The notes under the pieces are model-generated. The model made no database searches. It was not told where the DNA came from and was given only the letters and a program-made list of their open reading frames with translations. This document shows positions 19,842-27,190 of a stretch of DNA of 39,592 nt, piece after piece. The stretch's first letter is position 1; each line of letters opens with the position of its first letter. The stretch is from a virus. The stretch is taken from the IMG/VR virus record IMGVR_UViG_3300014913_000003, positions 1 through 39,592 of that record; one strand, 5' to 3'. A program made the translations under genes and the position numbers.

Positions 19842-20137
19842 AACCGACAAGTTCAAAAACTAATCTTGCTTACGCAGTAGCGATGGCAGAAACTGGCGAT
19901 TGTACAAAGGGGTATGGGCTGAGTCATGGAAATTGTTTTGGGATTAAAAAGTGGCGAAATGGGAGGCTACAAATGGCTCGCTACCAATCAAAACAAGCCG
20001 CTTATGACGATTTCAATGAAATTTGGGGGCGCATGTACGGCTCAGAAGTACCAAGCCTTAGGGACGCTGAGCGGTACAGCGGAAACGACAGAGCGGAAAC
20101 ATGGCATAAAAACGTATTATTCTATCTAAACTCATGA
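19823..20137 (+). CDS. Small glucosaminidase/muramidase-like protein (104 aa; alternative start ATG 19883)
   Basis: AVAMAETGDCTKGYGLSHGNCFGIKKW resembles the ES..G...NN.FGIK core of FlgJ-type glucosaminidase domains. Confidence 0.4.
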   Translation: MSGFAVEPTSSKTNLAYAVAMAETGDCTKGYGLSHGNCFGIKKWRNGRLQMARYQSKQAAYDDFNEIWGRMYGSEVPSLRDAERYSGNDRAETWHKNVLFYLNS

Positions 20138-20562
20138 AATTCAAAGGAAAAATAAACGAAAAACTGGCATTTGTTCCAGAGAACCCAGAAAGTTGGGGGT
20201 CTTGCCGTGAGAGGTATGTTGGCAAGACTGTGGCGGTAGACCTCCGAATGTATAGAAAAAATCGCTCAGAGGAGCAAAACAGGTACTACTGGGGGGCTGT
20301 AATTAAATACTTTGAGAAAGAAACTGGAACAATTAAGTGGGATTGCCATAAAATCCTAAAGGCACAGAGCCTAAAAGAAATACAGATAATAGAGGTTGCG
20401 GGAAAAATGATTGAACTGGTTTCGATTGGGAGTACCGCAACGCTAAAAACAACAGAATTTGAAGACTACCTTCGGGAAAGTCGAAACTGGCTCTCGTTAG
20501 AATTCGGGATTTACATTCCACTTCCACACGAATGCCCAGAAGATTATAATTTTAACCTTTAA
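20134..20562 (+). CDS. ninB: NinB/Orf-family recombination mediator (142 aa)
   Basis: NRSEEQNRYYWG aligns with lambda NinB NRSLDQNRKLWA. GSTATLKTTEFEDYLRESRNW aligns with GQSTSRMRVGEFAELLELIQ. Confidence 0.6.
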   Translation: MKFKGKINEKLAFVPENPESWGSCRERYVGKTVAVDLRMYRKNRSEEQNRYYWGAVIKYFEKETGTIKWDCHKILKAQSLKEIQIIEVAGKMIELVSIGSTATLKTTEFEDYLRESRNWLSLEFGIYIPLPHECPEDYNFNL

Positions 20563-20565
20563 AAC

Positions 20566-20835
20566 ATGGATACATTATACACTTTAACAGAGTCCGTAGA
20601 GCTTCGATTGTTCCCACTTGGGTACAGAACGCTGTTCAATCTCGTCAAAGAGGGAGAGCGAAAGAAATTAGGGGAAGACGTTGAAGATTACGTTCTTGCG
20701 CAAGACATTGGAAAGGGGGTGAATTCAAGATGGGTGGTGTCAGAAGACGAACTCGCCGACTGGCTAAGGCGAAGACAGGCAATGAAAAGCCGTAAGGGGC
20801 TTATGAAGCCAAAAAAGAACAGCGCGATGTTATGA
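20566..20835 (+). CDS. Hypothetical small DNA-binding-like protein (89 aa)
   Basis: ORF in the operon with a basic C-terminus. Confidence 0.45.
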   Translation: MDTLYTLTESVELRLFPLGYRTLFNLVKEGERKKLGEDVEDYVLAQDIGKGVNSRWVVSEDELADWLRRRQAMKSRKGLMKPKKNSAML

Positions 20836-20836
20836 T

Positions 20837-20864
20837 TTGACTTTCGCGGAAAAATAAATATAAT
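20837..20864 (+). promoter_or_regulatory. Near-consensus sigma70-like promoter
   Basis: TTGACT, 16-nt spacer, TATAAT; followed by a leader of about 115 nt with an 8-bp hairpin (20886-20893 / 20931-20938). Confidence 0.6.
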
Positions 20865-20984
20865 AAGTAGGCTTTTAATTTGTATGTAGGAGTGCATAAT
20901 TAAAACCAAGAGAAACTGCATTTAAGCCATACTCCTACCGTTTGGGCGAGAGTGTGGTTTTTCTTTAATCTAATAAATATACAA

Positions 20985-21128
20985 ATGGACGTAAAAAGGG
21001 CAACGGCAACGTGGGAGGGTGGAAGCGAGGAATGTTATATCGTTTTCGACGAAAGCGAGAAAATGGTTGATATATTAGACCATTCCGACCTCTGTTACGC
21101 CATATCGCTTTTTAAAGACATAGGATAA
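20985..21128 (+). CDS. Small ORF (47 aa) carrying the GCAACGGCAACG box (RATAT) near its N-terminus
   Basis: ATG 20985; TAATG overlap with the next gene; shares the box with the 25.5-26.3 kb ORFs. Confidence 0.45.
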   Translation: MDVKRATATWEGGSEECYIVFDESEKMVDILDHSDLCYAISLFKDIG

Positions 21129-21823
21129 TGACTGAAACAAGCGGCTATCAATTATCTAGGGCGTGGTTTAACTTTGCTTTTGAGAATCCTGAAATAATAA
21201 GACCTATACATGGCATAATTTACCTTTTTGCAATAGAGCATTGCAATAGGCTTGGGTGGAAAGATAAATTTGGATTTCCGACAACCATGGCAATGGAAGC
21301 CGTTGGTGTTAAAAAATATCAAACATATATAAAAGCATTTAATTCCCTTGTGGATTGGGGGTTTATAAAACTTGTCCAAAAATCAAAAAATCAATACTCG
21401 GCAAACATAATAAACATAAAAAGTGCTCATACAAAAAAGGGCAAAGCATTGGACAAAGCATTTATAAAGCATGGGTCAAAGCAACTGGAAAGCATGGGCC
21501 AAAGCATGGGCCAAAGCAAGGACAGTATAGATAAACAAGTAAACAATAAACAACAAACAAAGGGCAAGCACCTTGATTATGTTTTTTTAACTCAAAAGGA
21601 ATATGAAAAATTGTTAGTTGATTTTGGTGAAGGGAAATTAAAGATGTGCATCGAGAAGTTAGACAATGCAATCCCAAATTCAAAAGCCGCTAAATCTTAC
21701 AAAGACCACAATCGAGTTTTAAGAGGATGGGTTTCTCGTTGGTTTGAAGACTTACCGAAATCAGAAAAACCCCGCAAATCACTTTTGGAAATGACAGACG
21801 AAGAAAGATTTAACGCTTGCTAG
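21128..21823 (+). CDS. Replication initiator / replisome-organiser-like protein (231 aa)
   Basis: Winged-helix-like N-terminus (IIYLFAIEHCNRLGWKDKFGFPTTMAMEAVGVKKYQTYIKAFNSLVDWGFI). Lies upstream of the DnaB-like helicase. Confidence 0.35.
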   Translation: MTETSGYQLSRAWFNFAFENPEIIRPIHGIIYLFAIEHCNRLGWKDKFGFPTTMAMEAVGVKKYQTYIKAFNSLVDWGFIKLVQKSKNQYSANIINIKSAHTKKGKALDKAFIKHGSKQLESMGQSMGQSKDSIDKQVNNKQQTKGKHLDYVFLTQKEYEKLLVDFGEGKLKMCIEKLDNAIPNSKAAKSYKDHNRVLRGWVSRWFEDLPKSEKPRKSLLEMTDEERFNAC

Positions 21824-22039
21824 ATGATTTTCACAGAACTACCACCAAAAACGCAAGAGGCAATGGCCTACATCCTCGGGAAATACACAACCGTAACCGA
21901 GAACGGCTATAACAGGATGAGCGAGAAAGACCAGAAGCTATGGCAGATGTTTTGCTTCTTCATAGCCGACATATCGAACAAACGAGATGAAAAGTCCCAG
22001 AAAGATGACGCAGAAAAATTCTTAAAAAAGCTACAATGA
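21824..22039 (+). CDS. Hypothetical protein (71 aa)
   Basis: ORF in the operon. Confidence 0.45.
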   Translation: MIFTELPPKTQEAMAYILGKYTTVTENGYNRMSEKDQKLWQMFCFFIADISNKRDEKSQKDDAEKFLKKLQ

Positions 22040-23064
22040 AAAATCCGAACGCAAGACACAAAAAACTACTAGAGTTCCTTGATGAGCTCAAAAAAGGGAT
22101 GTTCGACGTTGAGGATTTATATAATTCGGAGCAGTTTGAAGATGAGGAAAAGCGGTATTTGATAAAAAAATTCATAGAACACAAAGACCAAATCTTGAAA
22201 GACGGTGAGGTCGAGTCTGACCTGTTTATAACGACAGACCCAATCGAGAGGGCAAGCACAATCAGGACTTGGGGAACGAACGAATCTAACAAGAAATTTT
22301 CTCCAATCGAGGACGACCATTTTGCGGTTGTGGCAGGGCAGGGGGGGGCGGGGAAGACGGCATATACGTTTTTCTTGGCTCAGGAAAATGCGAAGAGTGG
22401 GCTTGTGTATTATTTCAGTCTTGAAATGTCTTCTGACGGAATCCTAACGAGGCTTTCTCGTGAACACGCAGGGATTACGAAAGAGCAATGGCGGGACAAA
22501 TCTTTAATAAGCGAGAGGCAAGTGTCGGCATACAAAAAGCAGAAAAAAGAATTGCGAGGAAATAAAAATCTAAAACTAATCGGATATGAGCACAAACCCA
22601 AAATAGAGGAAATTCTAGAAAGAGCGAAAGACGGTTCTCCGCACTTGATTTTCATAGACAACCTAGACCTAATCGCAACAGAAGAGGGCGCGAAAGACCC
22701 ACAGAAAATACTGGTTGAAAAAATAAAAAACTTTACTAAAAAAGAGCTAATCCCTGTCATACTCGTGCATCACTTGCGGAAAAGTAGCGGGAAAGAAAAA
22801 TACATGAGCGGGGACGACCTGCGTGGAAGCGGGAAAATCAGAGACAACATCGACACTCTCATGCTCTGTAAGCGAACAGAGTTTTACGAAGACATGACGG
22901 AGCGTGAAAAAGCAATGTTTATCGTCAGGGAGGACAAAGACCGAGCATTTGGGAATGGGGGATTTCATACATATTATTTCAAAAAAGGATTGTTTGTAGA
23001 CAACCTCGACATAGGATTCGACACAGAAGCCGCCAGAGCAACACAGAAGCACCCCGAATTTTAA
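22036..23064 (+). CDS. DnaB-family replicative helicase, RecA-like C-terminal domain (342 aa)
   Basis: Walker A GQGGAGKTAY, DnaB signature FSLEMSSDGILTRLS, Walker B LIFIDNLDLI. Confidence 0.8.
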   Translation: MKNPNARHKKLLEFLDELKKGMFDVEDLYNSEQFEDEEKRYLIKKFIEHKDQILKDGEVESDLFITTDPIERASTIRTWGTNESNKKFSPIEDDHFAVVAGQGGAGKTAYTFFLAQENAKSGLVYYFSLEMSSDGILTRLSREHAGITKEQWRDKSLISERQVSAYKKQKKELRGNKNLKLIGYEHKPKIEEILERAKDGSPHLIFIDNLDLIATEEGAKDPQKILVEKIKNFTKKELIPVILVHHLRKSSGKEKYMSGDDLRGSGKIRDNIDTLMLCKRTEFYEDMTEREKAMFIVREDKDRAFGNGGFHTYYFKKGLFVDNLDIGFDTEAARATQKHPEF

Positions 23065-23105
23065 CCAAGCTCGTAAAAAGGTATATCGACAACCCCCGGA
23101 ATAGA

Positions 23106-23130
23106 AAAACGCTTAGAACGCATTTAAATC
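23106..23130 (+). promoter_or_regulatory. 25-nt conserved box, copy A: AAAACGCTTAGAACGCATTTAAATC
   Basis: 23/25 identical to 28156-28180; both copies are intergenic. Confidence 0.5.
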
Positions 23131-23212
23131 TAATTTAAAAAATGAAAAACTTCTTCGGCTTAATATGGTTTATAATAGAGGGGTGGATAGAAGATATTTT
23201 TAACCACGGAAA

Positions 23213-23581
23213 ATGAATAAAGAGAAAACGGAATCGGACACAGTGAATTATATTGCGAGCTTACTTGGGTGTGATTATGAGGAGGCGATTGAGAAAGAAG
23301 TGCTCACCAAGAAGTGGGTAGAAAAACAGGAAGATGGGATTATTACGACTCATCAAGAGAAGGAGTACCGCCCAATCACAATAGGAAGAGTTATGGTGGC
23401 GTTGGGGTATAACTGTTTCAGTGAGTGGATATATAACGACAAACGAGGGAACGATGTTATTGCGGGTGCTAAGTTGCAGGCGCTAAAGAGTTGGCAATTC
23501 CTCGACACAAACGGCCAAGAAACGACACTAGACGACCAGAGCAAAGAAACCATCGAAGCACTTTATAAACTACTAAAATGA
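23213..23581 (+). CDS. Hypothetical protein (122 aa)
   Basis: ORF in the operon. Confidence 0.55.
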   Translation: MNKEKTESDTVNYIASLLGCDYEEAIEKEVLTKKWVEKQEDGIITTHQEKEYRPITIGRVMVALGYNCFSEWIYNDKRGNDVIAGAKLQALKSWQFLDTNGQETTLDDQSKETIEALYKLLK

Positions 23582-23724
23582 AAGAAAATGAAGATTACAC
23601 ATTTTGCTCCAACAAGAATTGCCCACGAAGGAGCGATTGCAAGAGAGGGCGAACACCACGAAAAGACGTTGCTTCTTATGCACATTTTGAAGCGGAGAAT
23701 TGTAAATATTTCTGGCAAACATAG
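23578..23724 (+). CDS. Cys-rich mini-protein (48 aa)
   Basis: ATGA overlap; sequence CSNKNCPRRSDC...C. Confidence 0.4.
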   Translation: MKENEDYTFCSNKNCPRRSDCKRGRTPRKDVASYAHFEAENCKYFWQT

Positions 23725-23745
23725 TCCCATGTTATAATCCACCCA

Positions 23746-23919
23746 ATGAAACCAAAAGAAGACGATTCCGGCATAGAGAAGAACCCAGAAGACGCGAGCC
23801 TTGAAAAAACCATACAAAAGAGGTTAGACCACCTTTTTGCGCAAATAGACGCAGGGAAAGCGACTAGAGAAGAATTGTATGCGTTTTGCGAGTATCACAA
23901 TATTGATTTAATATATTAA
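23746..23919 (+). CDS. Hypothetical mini-protein (57 aa)
   Basis: Hand-translated ORF filling the gap before 23922. Confidence 0.4.
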   Translation: MKPKEDDSGIEKNPEDASLEKTIQKRLDHLFAQIDAGKATREELYAFCEYHNIDLIY

Positions 23920-23921
23920 TA

Positions 23922-24155
23922 ATGAAATGGAGACACAAGGACGGCGACATTGAGGACAACAACTATGTTCCATATAACTACGACAAAGAAAGCCAAATCA
24001 TAAGAGACAAGGCTATCCAAACAATTGATAAGAAAACAACGCCAGACCAGATAGGGTTGTATGTGGATAAGATGGTACAGGTAGACATGGCTAGAAGTTT
24101 TTGGAGCCATATAGATGACTTCGTGTCAGCGGTTAGAAGAATTCTTGATTTTTAA
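23922..24155 (+). CDS. Hypothetical protein (77 aa)
   Basis: ORF in the operon. Confidence 0.5.
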   Translation: MKWRHKDGDIEDNNYVPYNYDKESQIIRDKAIQTIDKKTTPDQIGLYVDKMVQVDMARSFWSHIDDFVSAVRRILDF

Positions 24156-24161
24156 AAAAAA

Positions 24162-24338
24162 ATGGAAATAAAATACAAAATACGGCCAACACATGTCCCG
24201 TATTGTGGGGATTGCAATGGGCGTATGGCGGGGGATGGGAGCGAGAAAATCCCATATTCGTGCGGTTGTGGTGTATGGGAGTTCTCACAGGGCTCGCTAG
24301 AGAAAGGGAAAATTGAGTATCACCTGAAAAATGAATAG
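24162..24338 (+). CDS. Zinc-ribbon mini-protein (58 aa)
   Basis: CGDC...16 residues...CGC. Confidence 0.45.
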   Translation: MEIKYKIRPTHVPYCGDCNGRMAGDGSEKIPYSCGCGVWEFSQGSLEKGKIEYHLKNE

Positions 24339-24639
24339 CGAGTTTTCCGAAAAAACGAAGAGGGAGGCGCTGGCGAGAGATGGATTTTGTATAATTTGCA
24401 GAGAATTCCCTCGGACAAGGGAGGATGACATCCCCATGCCAACGTGGGGGACGAGGAGGGGGAACGTCCCCCACCACGTTTTCTACCGGAGCTCAAAGGC
24501 ATACCCAGACCTTGATGGTGTATGGAATTGCGCGATTTTATGTGGCTACCACCACGACCGGCTTCATTTCACAAAATGGACGCAAAAACTATCAGGATGG
24601 CTCGAAAAAAGAGCTCTTAATTTCAGAAAAAATGTATGA
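24331..24639 (+). CDS. HNH nuclease (102 aa)
   Basis: CIIC...HHVFYRS...NCAILCGYHHDRLH. Confidence 0.6.
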   Translation: MNSEFSEKTKREALARDGFCIICREFPRTREDDIPMPTWGTRRGNVPHHVFYRSSKAYPDLDGVWNCAILCGYHHDRLHFTKWTQKLSGWLEKRALNFRKNV

Positions 24640-24778
24640 TTTCGACTGGCTTTCGGAATGTTGTAGCGTACCAATGATGGGCGGGAAGTGCTCATTGTGC
24701 TATGAAAACTGTGTGGGAGTAGAGATTTGCACAGAATGCGCAGAGGAGAGAGGAGATTGTAAATGCGACCAAAAATGA
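24632..24778 (+). CDS. Cys-rich mini-protein (48 aa, 10 Cys)
   Basis: ECCSVP..GKCSLCYENC...CTEC...CKC. Confidence 0.4.
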   Translation: MYDFDWLSECCSVPMMGGKCSLCYENCVGVEICTECAEERGDCKCDQK

Positions 24779-24882
24779 CATACGACCCAAATTTACCAGA
24801 TTCGGCACAGGGGGCTCTCGACCCCGGGTATGAATACCCAAAAGGAGACTTTGACGACGAAGAACCCAAAGACTATGAATGA
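24775..24882 (+). CDS. Acidic mini-ORF (35 aa), speculative
   Basis: ATGA overlap upstream; overlaps the RusA start. Confidence 0.25.
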   Translation: MTYDPNLPDSAQGALDPGYEYPKGDFDDEEPKDYE

Positions 24883-25252
24883 AATAATCCTAAAATACCC
24901 AATGCCCCCGAGCGTAAATGTTGCGTATGCGGGGACGAAGAGGCGCTACAAGTCCGACAAATACAAGCAATGGATTGGGGAGGCTTTGTATTGTGGGAAC
25001 AGGAAATATAAAATCACAGGCAACAACTGGCTAGAGATTTATATAAAATTTTTTACCCCGCTTTTTAACAAGGGAAACGGAGAGAAGAAAAAGTGGGACA
25101 TAGACAACCGCCTCAAAACATTGCTTGACTTCATCGACAGTCAAGTTGAGGGGCTAGACGACCACAGGTACAAGCGAATAATAGCCGAAAAGGTTGATTC
25201 CCCCAGAGGGGAGGTAGAAGTTATCATAAAAGAGATGAAGCACGTTGTCTAG
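24875..25252 (+). CDS. rusA: RusA-family Holliday junction resolvase (125 aa)
   Basis: YPMPPSVN, WDIDNRLKTLLDFI and GLDDHRY align with E. coli RusA PPSNN, DLDNLQKAAFDAL and LDDAQV. Confidence 0.75.
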   Translation: MNEIILKYPMPPSVNVAYAGTKRRYKSDKYKQWIGEALYCGNRKYKITGNNWLEIYIKFFTPLFNKGNGEKKKWDIDNRLKTLLDFIDSQVEGLDDHRYKRIIAEKVDSPRGEVEVIIKEMKHVV

Positions 25253-25373
25253 GATTTTTAAAAGAACTAGGAGGTTTTGAAAGCCTCCTTTTTTTTCGTC
25301 CAAAAACTTTCACGAACCAGAAATGTGTTGTCTAGGATTTTAACTTGTCATAGCGCATGTTGTCTAGGATTTT
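25244..25373 (+). repeat. Three direct copies of GTTGTCTAGGATTTT (25244-25258, 25327-25341, 25359-25373); candidate operator/iteron set
   Basis: Exact 15-mers. Copy 1 overlaps the rusA stop codon; copies 2 and 3 lie after the terminator. Confidence 0.85.
25269..25296 (+). terminator. Rho-independent terminator after rusA
   Basis: AGGAGG...CCTCCT stem followed by T8. Confidence 0.75.
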
Positions 25374-25468
25374 TAGGTAGAGGGATGAGGCAAAACTTTC
25401 CACGACTTTTCTTGTGCATACTTTTGCAAGGAATAGCGCGGGTTTTCACTCCATTACATGAAAAACTC

Positions 25469-25497
25469 TTGCTTTTTTTCCGTTTTGGGCGCATAAT
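25469..25497 (+). promoter_or_regulatory. Candidate sigma70-like promoter for the 25.5-27.8 kb operon
   Basis: TTGCTT, 17-nt spacer, CATAAT; about 80 nt upstream of ATG 25576. Confidence 0.4.
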
Positions 25498-25575
25498 TCA
25501 ACTGTCACGAAAACAAACGCTCTTTTACATCTCGGCAGAAAAAACAAAGTTACTTATTTTTTTACACATTACACG

Positions 25576-25728
25576 ATGAGTACAATCATCAAAACGGCAA
25601 CGGCAAGCAGTCTATGGATTCATAGATTTGAAAAAGCAGAACAACGAGAACGGCAATTCTCACATGAAACATTTGAAACGCTTACAGAAAAGGGGCTAGA
25701 AATTCCTACCTATTTAGAGCTTGCATAA
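25576..25728 (+). CDS. Small ORF (50 aa) with N-terminal K-T-A-T-A (ACGGCAACGGCAA box at +18)
   Basis: Hand-translated; TAATG overlap with the next ORF. Confidence 0.5.
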   Translation: MSTIIKTATASSLWIHRFEKAEQRERQFSHETFETLTEKGLEIPTYLELA

Positions 25729-25847
25729 TGAATACAACAAAAACGGCGACGGCATTGAATTTAATAGCGCGAGTGGCTTTTATACTATTCGCAGGGTATC
25801 AGCTAATAAGCTACGCAGAAACTCACCTACTAACAATGGCACAATGA
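25728..25847 (+). CDS. Small membrane ORF (39 aa) with N-terminal K-T-A-T-A (ACGGCGACGGCA at +15)
   Basis: Hand-translated; hydrophobic LNLIARVAFILFAGYQLI. Preferred over the 72-aa TTG ORF in another frame. Confidence 0.4.
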   Translation: MNTTKTATALNLIARVAFILFAGYQLISYAETHLLTMAQ

Positions 25848-25939
25848 AAAAGAAATTCAGAAACACGCTAGATACAATTTTTATTTTCGGAGCAATTAGC
25901 TTTTACGTCTTTTTGTTCTTTTACCCACTTTTTAAATAA
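25844..25939 (+). CDS. Small membrane ORF (31 aa)
   Basis: ATGA overlap; IFIFGAISFYVFLFFYPLF. Confidence 0.35.
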   Translation: MKKKFRNTLDTIFIFGAISFYVFLFFYPLFK

Positions 25940-26097
25940 TGGAAAATCTTACACAAACGGCAACGGCAAGAATCGAAGGATTTAAAGAAAAAATCCACAT
26001 AGCACAATCGGCAAGTATATCAGAGGAAGTACGAGACGCAGTAGTAAAAGAGAACCAAAAAAAGATTGATTTAATTCTTTCTAACTCTAAAAACTAA
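25939..26097 (+). CDS. Small ORF (52 aa) with N-terminal Q-T-A-T-A (ACGGCAACGGCAA at +18)
   Basis: Hand-translated; TAATG overlap. Confidence 0.5.
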   Translation: MENLTQTATARIEGFKEKIHIAQSASISEEVRDAVVKENQKKIDLILSNSKN

Positions 26098-26102
26098 ACA
26101 CA

Positions 26103-26288
26103 ATGAGTGAATCATACAACATCATCAGAATGTACGAAGACGGCAGAAAAGCAAGGGTACAAAAAAGAGGGGTATCACTAAAGGAGGCGCGGAAATGGTG
26201 TAATAGGGAAGACACCTCAAGCAGTACACATCCAAAAGGGAAAAATGGCGTATCGTGCGAGTGGTTCGACGGTTACAAGCAAATTTAA
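26103..26288 (+). CDS. Hypothetical protein (61 aa)
   Basis: The pattern RKARVQKRGVSLKEARKWCNREDTSS...WFDGY resembles a small conserved phage protein family whose name I cannot give. Confidence 0.55.
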   Translation: MSESYNIIRMYEDGRKARVQKRGVSLKEARKWCNREDTSSSTHPKGKNGVSCEWFDGYKQI

Positions 26289-26300
26289 ACAATTACAAAA

Positions 26301-26576
26301 ATGAAAAAAATTACACAATCGGCAACGGCAACAATTCAGAACTTACATGCGGTAGAGGTTAAATATTTTGGTGCAACGGATACAAATGGCGCACGAATAA
26401 AAATAACGTCATACAGGTTTGAACAATCCTTTTACTTGCCGTTTGATTATTCTTTAAACGACCAATCAGAGGGGGCCATTAAGGAGCTACAAAAAAGAGG
26501 CTTTGAGTTTATAGGGAAGGCGGAGGGAAAAAATATAACACTTTTGCTTTCAACTACTTTTGAACCAATAAAATAA
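26301..26576 (+). CDS. Hypothetical protein (91 aa) with N-terminal Q-S-A-T-A (TCGGCAACGGCAA at +18)
   Basis: ORF track plus the shared box. Confidence 0.6.
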   Translation: MKKITQSATATIQNLHAVEVKYFGATDTNGARIKITSYRFEQSFYLPFDYSLNDQSEGAIKELQKRGFEFIGKAEGKNITLLLSTTFEPIK

Positions 26577-26595
26577 TTTCTAAAAAACTTTTACA

Positions 26596-27075
26596 ATGAA
26601 AATCAACGCAAAAACGGCTTACAGATTCGCAAAATTCGCAAAAGAACAGACACGGCCCATTCTAAGTACAATCTTAATCGAAAAAAATAGAATGGTTGCA
26701 ACGGATACATACAAACTATTGATAATCGAGAGCAAGGAAAAGAATGATGTAGGGGAAAAGGGCCAGCTCTTGAATTTGCCAGAGTTTATCAAAACATTTA
26801 AAGCAGTAGATAAAGACGTTGAAATAGAGACAATAGAGAACAAAACGGCAGGTTTTGGAAACTATCCTAACATTGACCAAATTATCCCGACAAAAGATTT
26901 TAACGTAGAAATTGAATTCGACGCAAAGCTATTGATTGAAGCCCTAGAGCCGTTTAAAAGCAAGCAATCGAATGACAGGGTAACGCTAAAGGTCACAAAA
27001 AACAAACCACTTGTATTATCCGCAGAACAGGGAACTGACAAAGTGACGGCTATTGTCATGCCCTTAAAATCTTAA
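26596..27075 (+). CDS. Sliding-clamp (DnaN)-like protein of only 159 aa
   Basis: RPILSTILIEKNRMVATDTYKLL (clamp motif L..vl......l.l.ATD), GNYPNIDQIIP (compare FPdY..viP) and C-terminal TAIVMPLKS (compare vvMPMRL). Confidence 0.5.
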   Translation: MKINAKTAYRFAKFAKEQTRPILSTILIEKNRMVATDTYKLLIIESKEKNDVGEKGQLLNLPEFIKTFKAVDKDVEIETIENKTAGFGNYPNIDQIIPTKDFNVEIEFDAKLLIEALEPFKSKQSNDRVTLKVTKNKPLVLSAEQGTDKVTAIVMPLKS

Positions 27076-27087
27076 TTAAAAATTACA

Positions 27088-27189
27088 ATGGAAGCAACTA
27101 CATGTACATCATGCGGAAAAGACGCGCCTACATTCCAAACCGAATATTGTGCGGAATGTATGCAGGAAGAAACCTTAAAAACCTTTTAA
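27088..27189 (+). CDS. Zinc-ribbon mini-protein (33 aa)
   Basis: CTSC...11 residues...CAEC. Confidence 0.35.
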   Translation: MEATTCTSCGKDAPTFQTEYCAECMQEETLKTF

Positions 27190-27190
27190 A

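Noticed and set aside
25277-25579. 100-aa TTG-initiated ORF in the 25.3-25.6 kb gap
   Set aside because: It starts inside the rusA terminator and spans two GTTGTCTAGGATTTT repeats and a promoter-like element. Its composition is Leu/Phe/Arg-rich, so the region fits a regulatory intergenic stretch better.
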